Shown one piece after another: positions 32,943 to 43,666 of a stretch of DNA of 64,000 bases. The notes below the pieces were generated by a model, which worked only from the letters and a program-made list of their open reading frames with translations, did not search any database and was not told the DNA's origin. The position numbers were made by a program, and so were the translations under genes. Positions within the stretch are counted from its first letter, which is position 1; each line of letters starts with the position of its first letter. The stretch spans positions 736,001-800,000 of the forward strand of contig BK006936.2 of NCBI GenBank assembly GCA_000146045.2, written 5' to 3'. The stretch is from TPA_inf: Saccharomyces. Lineage: Eukaryota.

Positions 32943-34415
32943 TTACATAGCACCTGGAACACCCAAGACTTGATTCAAAGCACTTTGACCGCCACTTTGT
33001 TGGTATTCAATGGTAATGACTTCTAGCAAAGAAAACCCACCAGCAATGCCAACAACTATACCAGCAGCTTTACCTTTCAAACCCAAAGATTCACCGATAA
33101 CGGTGATCAAACTTAAGACGGATGCACCCGTAACAGCTGCGATTGGAATGACTTTGTTCAATTCTTTAGCGACATTCTGTTCTCTGCGTCCCATCAAAGT
33201 GATACCTTGGTCTTTGAATTCCAAGGCTACATCACGAGCAGAGGAACCTGAAATAGCCTGCCACTTATCAGCAAACCAAATACCAGTAACCAATATAAAG
33301 GCGGAATAGGTGATGAAGGTTAAAGGTTGTTGAGTGACACCTTTGAAGAAAGATGTTGGTGGAGCCAAAAGAGATAATGGGAAGGTTGGGACTGCTAAAA
33401 GATTATTAGCATTCTCATAGTGGCCCATTATTTTGCAGATGATGTGAGTTGGTTCATTCTTGGCAACCAATTGAATTAAAACGAAAGCAAAAATGTGGAT
33501 GTAGAACAAGATGGTGTAAGAAAACAAAACAGATAAACAGCCAGTGTATAGTAGCTTAATTGGGTAAACATTGTTTGTACCACGGGCTCTTGTTGATCTG
33601 ATTGGCAATTCTACACGGACACTTTGCAAATAGCACACAATAATGGCAATTGCCAAAACTATAATAGTAGTTGTCAAGTTTGGTAGATAGTCTCTGTTGA
33701 ATGCAGAGATGATGCCGCCAATAAATGTCTTGTGCTTAGATCTTAAACCTTGAATCAAATTGATTAGGGCACCTTGGGCTTCGGTTTGGTCGTCCTCGCC
33801 AACTTTAATTTGAGAAACACCAAAAGTATCAGCCACCAAGTTAGTGGCGATTACCACAGTGTTGATTATCATAGCTCCAGAAGAAAATCCAAATCCTTTA
33901 TCGATGACTTCAGCTAACAAAGTGGTGAATATGCCAGCACCGACCAATTGAAAGTTGATCAACCCGATCTGTACCACAGATAAATCATCACCAAAATAAC
34001 CTGCAAATATGAAAATGTTGGTCAAAATCACATACTGAACAATGGCAAAAACTTTTGTTAAGCTTTGAAATAATTCTCTATCACTTTGGATCTTGAAATT
34101 AACTTTAATTACTTTCAAACCGGCTAATAATTGTAAGATTAACCCACTAGAAATGTTGGGAAAAAGGCCAAATTCTAGCAAGGTTCTTGGTTCACACCCA
34201 AATACACCTCTTAGAAAATAAATGGGGTCATTAACATTAGGTGTGGTAGCTTTGGGCAAACCAACAAGTGGGAATTGTGCAAAAAGGTAAATTAACCCTG
34301 CAAAAATAGTATAGACAATCTTGTCATCAAATGGTAATTTTTCAAAAGGTAACTCAACTTCCGGTAAAATCGGTAGGATAGGCTTAACGATATCAATTAG
34401 ACGAAAACCAGACAT
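32943..34415 (-). CDS. SSH1: Sec61 homolog, alpha subunit of the Ssh1 translocon (490 aa); YBR283C
   Basis: Ten-TM SecY/Sec61alpha-like hydropathy pattern with a conserved SecY-type plug and lateral-gate regions. Length matches. Confidence 0.9.
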   Translation of the reverse strand: MSGFRLIDIVKPILPILPEVELPFEKLPFDDKIVYTIFAGLIYLFAQFPLVGLPKATTPNVNDPIYFLRGVFGCEPRTLLEFGLFPNISSGLILQLLAGLKVIKVNFKIQSDRELFQSLTKVFAIVQYVILTNIFIFAGYFGDDLSVVQIGLINFQLVGAGIFTTLLAEVIDKGFGFSSGAMIINTVVIATNLVADTFGVSQIKVGEDDQTEAQGALINLIQGLRSKHKTFIGGIISAFNRDYLPNLTTTIIVLAIAIIVCYLQSVRVELPIRSTRARGTNNVYPIKLLYTGCLSVLFSYTILFYIHIFAFVLIQLVAKNEPTHIICKIMGHYENANNLLAVPTFPLSLLAPPTSFFKGVTQQPLTFITYSAFILVTGIWFADKWQAISGSSARDVALEFKDQGITLMGRREQNVAKELNKVIPIAAVTGASVLSLITVIGESLGLKGKAAGIVVGIAGGFSLLEVITIEYQQSGGQSALNQVLGVPGAM

Positions 34416-35238
34416 ACTAAAACAATGGAGAGTGGCGGGGGCAAATGTGCTAAAAAATGCGTACGAGTAATGGATTCAATTCAATAAAGCTATGAAAAAC
34501 CACCCAACCCAAGCAAAGAAAAAAAAAAGAGCAAGCTTTTCTGCAGTGTATTCGATCTTACTTTTATTAACTTTTACTAATTCAATGAAGGACCAAATGA
34601 CATCTATCAAGACTGTGGTAGCTAGCGAACAAAGGATAACTATTTTGTCGGTGTAAAACAAACCCTGCTTCCGCTTTGCTCTCTACCCGACATTTTTTTT
34701 TTCACTTTTTCAGCTCTTTTCTTTGCCACGAAAGCGTGTAAAGTGATACAGATCCTACCGTGTCTAATGATATCGTTAGCGCCCCTCTACATGGTTGCAT
34801 TAAGTACAGACAGAGGAATGATTAAACCTAAGACGAGGATAGTCCTTATGCATTATGAAAAGCAATTCAGGGCAGTTGAAGTCACATATATGGCTGCAAA
34901 TCGAATATAACTTGTAATGTAGTTCAAAGTGGCCGGTAGCAATAAAAAGAAAGGTATCTCAACAACTTTATGTTTCACGTTATGAAAGAATATCGTTAAC
35001 AGTCTCAACAGTGTCTGTTCTTATAATTTGGCATGAGTGTATGATGGTTGTTCTCTGTTGTTTCGGTACTATCAACGGTTATTATCATTGGACGCAAAAA
35101 TATCGTTGGCGGCTAAATACGGGGGTGGCAAAGAGTTTGCGCCCGCGTTCAGTGGATACAAACAGTATAAGTAGGACAGGCGACATCTTTAGTAAATAGT
35201 ACAGGAAAAGGAGGACTTATCAGGGTATCACACAAACA

Positions 35239-37632
35239 ATGGTACAGAACAATGAATCGGTTTTTTTCGTTGAATGCGACTCTTATAAGGAGAGCCCTTC
35301 CACTTCACCAATACGCTTGGACGACCTGGATGGAAATGACGCTGTGTCGGATCAGGGTTTAGCTTTCGACGGGGACGTAGGAATTACATCACAAGCTCGA
35401 GTAAGAAATCCTCGAGCTCAAATCTTCGAGGATAGTAATACTGACGTAGTATTGCATTTGGATGATCTTGATATGGTCCCACTAAATACGAAGTTCGATA
35501 TGCAGATGGAGATGGGTTCACCCATGGCGATGCCGGCAGAAACGCCACCTCCTGTCGAACCTTTAAAAACAAAAGATCTAGCATATTCATCCTTGGCTCA
35601 CCTTCCTAGCTATTTCTTTGAGCAAACACATTTCCGCATAGACCGCAAATGCCTGTTGGAAATGTCTAAGTTAAGGCGAAATTATCTAACTATAAGTAAA
35701 CAAGATGCTTTGTCATGTCCGCAGCTTCATTCAAGAGTGGCTGGGGGTTATCTTAAACCTGTAAAAGAAAAATTATTTGGAATACGTCACTTTCTTGATC
35801 TAGAGGAAAGTAATACTGTAAACCTCCTCCAGGATGGTAATTATATGACGGAATTGTTCAACAGTCAGATTAATATCCCCACTTTTAAAGAATTTAGGGA
35901 AGATTTTGAATGGTGCTTGAAAATTATAAGAGATAGAAGCCTATCAAGGTTTAGCGAAAAAAGATTACAATATCTTGTAAATAAGTTTCCAGTTTTTCAA
36001 CACCTACATTCCAAGGAAGAAATGAGACAGAGCAAAAAGGTGCCACACAAGGATTTTTACAACTGTAGAAAGATTGATCTGAATCTTCTGTTAAGCGGCT
36101 GTTTCTCACAGTGGCAATTGACTGAGTTTATTTGGACCAAGTTGAGAAAAGAACCGGACAGGGTTATCCATCAAGCTTTTAATGGTAGTCATATAACCTT
36201 GAGCCAATTATTCAAAGTGAATTTCGAGGAGACCGGTCAGTTCTTCAATGGGTTGAAAATTATTGACGATTCATTTTTGGAGTGGTATAAAGTTATTTAT
36301 CTCGCAAAATATCATTTGGTTAACGATGAAATGGAAATACACACAGGCTCACACGGTAAGCAGCTTCGATACTATTTGATTGCGAAAACATTTTTGGAGT
36401 TTGATAACTATATTAATGGTGAATACTTAGCGGAACTACTGAAAACGTTTTTAATAAAACCGCAAGAGGAGTCGAAATATCAGTTATGTCAACTCTCCGT
36501 GGACTTCCAATTTTATCTGCATTACGATAATTCCGATGTGGACAATTGGTGGATGGTCTTTGCCAATTGGCTGAACCACTATAATATATTTTCTAACAAT
36601 ATTCGCTGGAATATTCGCATTTCTAGAATTTATCCAGAACTGTATCATACTGGCAAGGTGAAGAATTTTCAGGAGTATTTAAATCTAATCTTCAAACCAC
36701 TTTTCAATGCCGAAAATTATCTACACAAGTCATTAGGACCTATTCTTTTGAAATTTCTTTCTCAAGTATCTTCGATTGATCTATGTATTCAAGATACGGA
36801 CAACTATATTTGGAAAAACTTCACAGCAGTTAGTTGCTTGCCAAAAGATTGGACATCTGGCGGTGATAATCCAACCATTTCACAATATATGTATTACGTC
36901 TACGTCAACCTAACAAAATTGAACCATATCCGCCAAGCCCTTCATCAAAATACCTTCACTTTGAGAAGTTCATGTTCTCCCACCTCAATGAATCGAACTT
37001 CACAGTTTAGTAATACACTGAACTTCACAGAACATACGGAAGCTATTTTAAACAATTTCTTGCTCGCCTGTGGAGGGTTTCTAAATGCAGAAAATCTCTG
37101 GAATGCACCACCATCACTGGTGTATCTTTTCTATCTAAGTCAAATTCCCATGGTTGTGGCGCCTTTGAATTCCATAGTAGATTCAAAGCCTACAATGCTG
37201 CAAGAACAAGCCCCGACGGGGCTTGTCCTAGAGCCCTCAAAGCCTTATAAGAAGAACCCTTTCATGAAGTTTTTTGAAATGGGGTTCAAGATATCGCTGA
37301 GCTCAGAATCTATCCTCTACAACAATTCGTATACGAAAGAACCCATTATAGAAGAGTATAGTGTAGCGGCTAGTATATACCGTTTACATTCAGCAGATTT
37401 ATGCGAACTTCTAAGAAACAGTGTCATAACCAGTGGATTTTCAAGTACCCTAAAGAACAAATGGCTCGGCGTTTCCTTAGCCAGCCATGACTACTTCGTG
37501 GAAAACACTGGGTTTGTAGACAAGTGGTATGATTGTAAACCAAATACAAGTTTAGAGCATAACGTTCCGATCATCAGACGTCAATATCGCAGTAGCACTC
37601 TCGCAGGGGAGTGGCGACTCATAATTGCGTGA
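35239..37632 (+). CDS. Uncharacterised AMP deaminase-family paralog (797 aa); YBR284W
   Basis: 797-aa ORF with similarity, from my recall of the AMD1/YJL070C family, to the AMP deaminase C-terminal fold. I do not see the canonical deaminase zinc-binding signature (SLSTDDP) in the translation. Confidence 0.82.
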   Translation: MVQNNESVFFVECDSYKESPSTSPIRLDDLDGNDAVSDQGLAFDGDVGITSQARVRNPRAQIFEDSNTDVVLHLDDLDMVPLNTKFDMQMEMGSPMAMPAETPPPVEPLKTKDLAYSSLAHLPSYFFEQTHFRIDRKCLLEMSKLRRNYLTISKQDALSCPQLHSRVAGGYLKPVKEKLFGIRHFLDLEESNTVNLLQDGNYMTELFNSQINIPTFKEFREDFEWCLKIIRDRSLSRFSEKRLQYLVNKFPVFQHLHSKEEMRQSKKVPHKDFYNCRKIDLNLLLSGCFSQWQLTEFIWTKLRKEPDRVIHQAFNGSHITLSQLFKVNFEETGQFFNGLKIIDDSFLEWYKVIYLAKYHLVNDEMEIHTGSHGKQLRYYLIAKTFLEFDNYINGEYLAELLKTFLIKPQEESKYQLCQLSVDFQFYLHYDNSDVDNWWMVFANWLNHYNIFSNNIRWNIRISRIYPELYHTGKVKNFQEYLNLIFKPLFNAENYLHKSLGPILLKFLSQVSSIDLCIQDTDNYIWKNFTAVSCLPKDWTSGGDNPTISQYMYYVYVNLTKLNHIRQALHQNTFTLRSSCSPTSMNRTSQFSNTLNFTEHTEAILNNFLLACGGFLNAENLWNAPPSLVYLFYLSQIPMVVAPLNSIVDSKPTMLQEQAPTGLVLEPSKPYKKNPFMKFFEMGFKISLSSESILYNNSYTKEPIIEEYSVAASIYRLHSADLCELLRNSVITSGFSSTLKNKWLGVSLASHDYFVENTGFVDKWYDCKPNTSLEHNVPIIRRQYRSSTLAGEWRLIIA

Positions 37633-37921
37633 ATTCGCTCATGTTTCTTCGAGGGGCGCATATTGTGACGCTAATATTATGTACCGCCCTTCCCCACACA
37701 CACAAAAAAAAAAGGTTAAGGATAAAGATAAGTAAACTAATGGAATATATAAACAAATAAGTAAGTAGATACTGTAAATAGAACACACGTTTTTTAATTT
37801 ATTTTTTTTTTTACATATCTTAATTTAATATAAATCAAAAAGCCCAAGCCTCAAACAAGAGTCTTATCACTCCATTTATAACATAACAATTCGAAATCTC
37901 TAAGCTCGCTTATAGTTGACA

Positions 37922-38356
37922 ATGACCATATTTTCTAGGTTCTCATATTTTGATAGTCTATTCTCCTTTAAAAAGCAAGAGCCTTCCCCCATTGAAATAA
38001 TCTATTGCAATGAAAACAATGGTTTCATAAACATAAAATCCTTAGAAAGCCCCACTGACGATAGCATGGAGGCGGACATTTCAGATAGAGAAATGGCTAC
38101 AATCCTGACTAGAAACAGAAACAATTTGGGTAAGGTTGCCATTGATAAGAAAGGCGTTAATAATCATTGCATAGATTTGAATGAGCTGAAAAAGGGCCTT
38201 GTCGCCAATGAACACAAATTGGATAACGATAACTCAACACGGCACCAGAACACATATTCACCAGAGGATTCCGTGGAATTTGATAGGTTCGATGATAAAC
38301 AAAGCAGAATACTAAAGTGTAGCACTAGAAGGAGCTACTTGAGATACAAGAAATAA
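37922..38356 (+). CDS. Small uncharacterised protein (144 aa); YBR285W
   Basis: ORF 37916..38356 with its first ATG at 37922. It has no recognisable domain and is hydrophilic with an acidic/basic mix. Confidence 0.55.
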   Translation: MTIFSRFSYFDSLFSFKKQEPSPIEIIYCNENNGFINIKSLESPTDDSMEADISDREMATILTRNRNNLGKVAIDKKGVNNHCIDLNELKKGLVANEHKLDNDNSTRHQNTYSPEDSVEFDRFDDKQSRILKCSTRRSYLRYKK

Positions 38357-38669
38357 GACAATTGAGCTGCTTCATTATATATCTTGATATAATCACCTTT
38401 CTTATCGTCAGAAAGAGTGTTCTCTATGTTTTTGTGCTTCCATAAATATATAGTTCAAAAAGTAATATCATATACTATTAATAATAAAAGTTATACTGAA
38501 TATATTGATTAGTTCTATTAATTACTATTGACACACTTTGAATTCCCTTAAATTAACCCTCAGGAAGAAGGGGTCCTTAGGAAAATTTTTCTTTTTTCAA
38601 TATAAAAGCGAGGAACAATGGATGGGAACAAAACCATGTTCAGCCTTTCAACAATTGGTAGAAGAAGCC

Positions 38670-38685
38670 AAAAAAAAAAAAAAAA
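38670..38685. repeat. Poly(dA) tract (A16) about 15 bp upstream of the APE3 ATG
   Basis: Homopolymer read directly. It lies inside the longer upstream in-frame ORF 38538..38699. Confidence 0.9.
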
Positions 38686-38699
38686 CAGAAACGCCAACC

Positions 38700-40313
38700 A
38701 TGCACTTTTCTTTGAAGCAATTGGCTGTCGCTGCGTTTTACGCTACCAATTTAGGCTCTGCCTATGTCATTCCTCAATTCTTCCAGGAAGCCTTTCAACA
38801 AGAAGAGCCAATTGAGAATTATCTTCCGCAATTAAACGACGATGATAGCTCTGCCGTTGCTGCCAACATTCCGAAGCCACATATTCCTTACTTCATGAAA
38901 CCACATGTAGAAAGTGAAAAATTGCAAGATAAAATCAAAGTTGACGATTTGAATGCTACTGCTTGGGACCTCTACCGTTTAGCTAACTATTCTACTCCTG
39001 ACTACGGTCACCCTACCCGTGTGATCGGGTCCAAGGGTCATAACAAGACTATGGAATACATATTGAATGTTTTCGATGACATGCAGGACTACTATGATGT
39101 TTCTTTGCAAGAGTTCGAAGCTTTATCCGGTAAGATCATCTCTTTCAACCTCTCTGACGCCGAAACCGGTAAAAGCTTTGCTAACACTACAGCTTTCGCA
39201 CTTTCTCCACCTGTGGACGGGTTCGTAGGTAAGCTAGTCGAAATTCCTAACTTGGGATGTGAAGAGAAGGATTACGCCTCTGTAGTCCCACCAAGACACA
39301 ACGAAAAGCAAATTGCCCTTATCGAAAGAGGTAAGTGTCCTTTTGGCGATAAGAGTAATTTGGCCGGTAAGTTCGGTTTCACCGCTGTGGTCATTTACGA
39401 CAACGAACCTAAATCTAAAGAAGGACTACACGGTACATTAGGCGAACCTACCAAGCACACTGTCGCCACCGTCGGTGTTCCATATAAAGTTGGTAAAAAA
39501 TTGATTGCCAATATTGCATTGAACATCGATTATTCATTATATTTTGCCATGGACTCTTATGTAGAATTTATCAAGACCCAGAACATCATTGCCGACACAA
39601 AACACGGTGATCCTGATAATATTGTTGCCCTTGGTGCTCATTCAGACTCTGTTGAGGAGGGCCCAGGTATCAACGACGATGGTTCCGGTACTATTTCCCT
39701 ATTGAACGTCGCTAAGCAATTGACCCATTTCAAGATCAATAACAAGGTCCGTTTTGCATGGTGGGCTGCTGAAGAAGAAGGTTTGCTAGGCTCTAACTTC
39801 TACGCTTATAACTTGACCAAAGAAGAAAACTCCAAGATCAGAGTATTTATGGACTATGACATGATGGCTTCTCCAAACTATGAATACGAAATTTATGATG
39901 CGAACAACAAGGAGAACCCTAAGGGGTCTGAAGAGTTGAAAAACCTGTACGTAGACTACTACAAGGCTCATCACTTGAACTACACTTTGGTCCCATTTGA
40001 CGGTAGATCCGATTATGTCGGGTTTATCAACAACGGAATTCCAGCCGGTGGTATTGCCACTGGTGCCGAAAAGAATAACGTCAACAACGGAAAGGTCTTA
40101 GACAGATGCTACCATCAATTATGTGATGATGTCTCTAACTTATCCTGGGACGCATTCATTACCAACACCAAGTTGATTGCTCACTCTGTGGCCACCTATG
40201 CTGACTCTTTCGAGGGTTTCCCAAAAAGAGAAACCCAAAAGCACAAAGAGGTGGACATATTGAATGCTCAACAACCACAATTTAAGTACAGGGCCGACTT
40301 CTTGATTATTTAA
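38700..40313 (+). CDS. APE3: Vacuolar aminopeptidase Y, M28 family with PA domain (537 aa); YBR286W
   Basis: Signal peptide after MHFSLKQLAVAAFYATNLGSAYV. M28 zinc-ligand motifs GAHSDSV, NDDGSG and AEEEGLLGS. A PA-domain insert is present. I call the start at 38700; the longest ORF begins at 38538. Confidence 0.9.
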   Translation: MHFSLKQLAVAAFYATNLGSAYVIPQFFQEAFQQEEPIENYLPQLNDDDSSAVAANIPKPHIPYFMKPHVESEKLQDKIKVDDLNATAWDLYRLANYSTPDYGHPTRVIGSKGHNKTMEYILNVFDDMQDYYDVSLQEFEALSGKIISFNLSDAETGKSFANTTAFALSPPVDGFVGKLVEIPNLGCEEKDYASVVPPRHNEKQIALIERGKCPFGDKSNLAGKFGFTAVVIYDNEPKSKEGLHGTLGEPTKHTVATVGVPYKVGKKLIANIALNIDYSLYFAMDSYVEFIKTQNIIADTKHGDPDNIVALGAHSDSVEEGPGINDDGSGTISLLNVAKQLTHFKINNKVRFAWWAAEEEGLLGSNFYAYNLTKEENSKIRVFMDYDMMASPNYEYEIYDANNKENPKGSEELKNLYVDYYKAHHLNYTLVPFDGRSDYVGFINNGIPAGGIATGAEKNNVNNGKVLDRCYHQLCDDVSNLSWDAFITNTKLIAHSVATYADSFEGFPKRETQKHKEVDILNAQQPQFKYRADFLII

Positions 40314-40570
40314 GTGTACTGTTCACATCAAGTATTTCTGTATAATTATCTAAAAGAAAATAAAAACCCTCTTTTTTTTAACTGCACGTGCATCAAGGGG
40401 ATCACAGCCTCCTTATCAAAGTGAAAAAAAGGTAGAAAAAAAAACTGAAATTGTGATATAAAAGTTTAAACAGGAAATTATTGTAAATTGAACAATATGT
40501 GTGAAGCCCGTTTTTGGTTTGTTATTCCCAACTAACCATACCCTCATAGATTACTCTGCATTTCTACTAT

Positions 40571-41854
40571 ATGGTTGAAACATTTAGTTTTGCTCATTTG
40601 GCTTATTTGGTCTTTGAGTCCGTTTTACAGGTAGTCATTATCGCACTCGCTGGTTTTTGGAGCGCTAGTTCTGGTCTGCTGCCCAAACAAAGTCAAAAAA
40701 TCATTTCTCTGTTGAACGTGGACCTTTTTACACCATGTCTTATTTTTAGTAAGTTGGCCAAATCCCTGTCCATGGCCAAAATCTTTGAAATAGCCATCAT
40801 TCCTATTTTTTTTGGTTTGACTACTGGTATTTCATTTATTTCCGGAAAGATAATGAGCCGTATCCTAGACTTGGATAAAGATGAAACTAATTTTGTGGTG
40901 GCAAACTCTGTCTTTGGTAACAGTAACTCTCTACCTGTGTCCTTGACATTATCTTTGGCTTACACTCTGCCCAACTTAACTTGGGACCAAATTCCTAATG
41001 ATAACAGAGATAACGTTGCATCAAGGGGTATTTTATACTTGCTGATCTTTCAACAAATCGGACAAATGCTGAGGTGGAGCTGGGGTTACAATAAGCTAAT
41101 GAAGTGGTCTGGAGAGAACACTCAGCATATGCCACCTTCTCAAGTGCAATCTTTGTTGGAAAGGACGCCCAACATTGATAACGAGGAACTTGTCAATGAG
41201 GAACAAGAGGAACAAGAATTGCTTGAAGAAGAAAATAACAGAATGAACTCATCTTTTTTGAGTTCGAGTTCCATCGGTGATAAGATTTGGCAAAAATCAT
41301 GCACTGTATTTGAGAGAATCAGAGCGAACCTTAATCCTCCGTTATATTCCATGATTTTTGCTGTTGTTGTGGCAGCAATTGGTCCGTTGCAGAGAGAGCT
41401 ATTTATGGAAGATGGGTTTATCAATAACACATTTGCCGAGGCTGTTACGCAGCTGGGTTCAGTTTCTATCCCACTGATCCTGGTTGTCCTCGGTTCTAAC
41501 TTATATCCTTCTGCGGAAGTCTTCCCTAAGACGGTTCACCATAGCAAGTTATTGATCGGCTCCATCATCGGAAGAATGATTTTACCTTCTTGCTTCCTTT
41601 TGCCTATTATTGCTATTGCTGTTAAGTACATAAACGTGAGTATTTTGGACGATCCAATTTTCCTTGTTGTCGGTTTTCTTTTGACTGTTTCCCCTCCTGC
41701 CATTCAATTAACTCAAATCACTCAACTGAATGAATTTTTCGAGGCAGAAATGGCCGATATTCTATTTTGGGGGTACGCTGTCTTAAGTTTGCCTGTAAGT
41801 ATTATTGTTGTCTCAGGTGCAATTTACGTTTTACAGTGGGCTAACCCAACTTAA
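40571..41854 (+). CDS. Uncharacterised multi-pass membrane protein, auxin-efflux-carrier-like (427 aa); YBR287W
   Basis: Two blocks of about five TM helices separated by a hydrophilic E-rich loop (EELVNEEQEEQELLEEENN). This topology is typical of the AEC/PIN-like transporter fold. Confidence 0.8.
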   Translation: MVETFSFAHLAYLVFESVLQVVIIALAGFWSASSGLLPKQSQKIISLLNVDLFTPCLIFSKLAKSLSMAKIFEIAIIPIFFGLTTGISFISGKIMSRILDLDKDETNFVVANSVFGNSNSLPVSLTLSLAYTLPNLTWDQIPNDNRDNVASRGILYLLIFQQIGQMLRWSWGYNKLMKWSGENTQHMPPSQVQSLLERTPNIDNEELVNEEQEEQELLEEENNRMNSSFLSSSSIGDKIWQKSCTVFERIRANLNPPLYSMIFAVVVAAIGPLQRELFMEDGFINNTFAEAVTQLGSVSIPLILVVLGSNLYPSAEVFPKTVHHSKLLIGSIIGRMILPSCFLLPIIAIAVKYINVSILDDPIFLVVGFLLTVSPPAIQLTQITQLNEFFEAEMADILFWGYAVLSLPVSIIVVSGAIYVLQWANPT

Positions 41855-41906
41855 TACAACTTTTCATTCCTTTGTATAGAGTCTTCATGAATGAAAGTCT
41901 TATTCA

Positions 41907-41921
41907 TTTTTTTTTTTTTTT
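41907..41921. repeat. Poly(dT) tract (T15) in the YBR287W/APM3 3' intergenic region
   Basis: Homopolymer read directly. Confidence 0.9.
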
Positions 41922-42011
41922 AGCATAGTTTTATATTCCTTTTTTATTCCAAGACTTATATTCTCATTATATTCTATTTAGTTTCGCATGGAATTTCAAG
42001 TACACATATAA

Positions 42012-43463
42012 CTACAGCCTTACTTGAAAATTGCCTGTCTGGGTCTTATACTTTGCACCCTTGTACAGCTTTGTATTTTTGCCAATTGTTAATCCAGATA
42101 CAATATCGATGGCTTCTACATAGATTCCACTGGCCGATTGTCCTATGTAAGAATATTCTAAGGAGACTGTTTGTAAATCAACTTTTTTTGTAAAATTTGG
42201 CCCAGTATTTTCATACTCAATACAGCCACGTAGTACAGGTACCGTTCCAGTGGCAGTTGATTTATCAAAAATCCATTGTCCTTGACCCATGATAATGCTA
42301 TTTTCAAAACGGCCATGAGTATTGCGCAATATTTTTATCTTATATGCTATTTCATTTGGATCAGCATTCTCAACATTGAACTGTAAATCTATTTTTAGGT
42401 CATCAACTTGTGAAACTTTTTTGAAATTTTCAATATTTAAGGATAACTCAAATTCATCAGAATCTTTACCCAATCCATTTTGGAAGTGTAAAGACATCAA
42501 GCCAATAGAATTCATCCTTACTCCGGATTGCTTTACTTGAGAACTTAAATCGACGGAATACTCCAGCAATCTGAACTTCCCATCTGGTGGTATAAACGTT
42601 ATATTAGAGGGAGAAAACACACCATCATTGATTTCAACACAGTCATGCAAACTGGGTATACCTATATCATTTCCCATAGTGTTTAATTTTACTGCAACTA
42701 GAGGATTATCATTCAAATAAGATCTCACGTCCACTATTCCATGGATACTTCCAGTGAGCAACCTTAGATGTGATTTTTTCTTTTCAAATACAACATGGAA
42801 TGTTTCTAACAAATCCACATAAAGCTCATTATTCTCATGTTTGCTAGCCCTTGAAGTTCTCCAGGGAACAATCTCTTCATTTTCGATTAGTGAATTACTA
42901 CCACGAGAAATCTGATTTTGTTGTAGCTGCTGTTGCCTTTGTTGTGGGAGTTGCACAGCCTGCTGTAAATTATGGGCTGTAGAACTTATGAACTTCGATA
43001 AATCCGATCTTTCAGGAACAGCTTCTTTAATTTTATTAACATAGAGCATATCACTCACATTTGGTTCACCCGCTTCGACGCAACAGTTAAAAATCAAACT
43101 GATTCTATCATAATTATTAACAATTTTCTTGATACTTAATTTATCCTTGTCAAAATATTCTAACAGGATACGATCTATAGTCTCTAAAAAGGTAAAACAA
43201 TCAAGCGGGCCTTTTGACTTCGAAGTGGAGGCTAAGCACCAATAATTGAGCTTATTTATAACTGAGAAATACTTATAGACCTCTAAATCTCTTCCAACCA
43301 TTGAATGGTCTAAATAATCATCACTACTGCTATCTTCGAGCAATTGAGGACATGTGGACTGAACGCGGGTCCACAGGTGCTTGAAGGAGGGAGCTGTTGC
43401 ACCTAAAAGATACTGGAAAATAAGTTTGTTCTTTGTATCAGTGATATAGAATGACAAATACAT
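42012..43463 (-). CDS. APM3: AP-3 adaptor complex mu3 subunit (483 aa); YBR288C
   Basis: N-terminal longin-like segment and C-terminal mu-homology-domain pattern. Length and position match. Confidence 0.87.
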   Translation of the reverse strand: MYLSFYITDTKNKLIFQYLLGATAPSFKHLWTRVQSTCPQLLEDSSSDDYLDHSMVGRDLEVYKYFSVINKLNYWCLASTSKSKGPLDCFTFLETIDRILLEYFDKDKLSIKKIVNNYDRISLIFNCCVEAGEPNVSDMLYVNKIKEAVPERSDLSKFISSTAHNLQQAVQLPQQRQQQLQQNQISRGSNSLIENEEIVPWRTSRASKHENNELYVDLLETFHVVFEKKKSHLRLLTGSIHGIVDVRSYLNDNPLVAVKLNTMGNDIGIPSLHDCVEINDGVFSPSNITFIPPDGKFRLLEYSVDLSSQVKQSGVRMNSIGLMSLHFQNGLGKDSDEFELSLNIENFKKVSQVDDLKIDLQFNVENADPNEIAYKIKILRNTHGRFENSIIMGQGQWIFDKSTATGTVPVLRGCIEYENTGPNFTKKVDLQTVSLEYSYIGQSASGIYVEAIDIVSGLTIGKNTKLYKGAKYKTQTGNFQVRL

Positions 43464-43666
43464 CTATTTTGGTTGGGTTGGTAAGGTTTACAGCCTCTGT
43501 TGTTGCCCAAGTCCTGTTATCGCCAACTTTAAATAAATCTCTTCTTGTTCTTTGACCAAAAATTTCATTTTTCGTCGCATTTAAAAGAAACTGAAATTTC
43601 AAACATAAACACCAAAACAAAGCATCATCAAGGGAACATATAGTAAAGAACTACACAAAAGCAACA

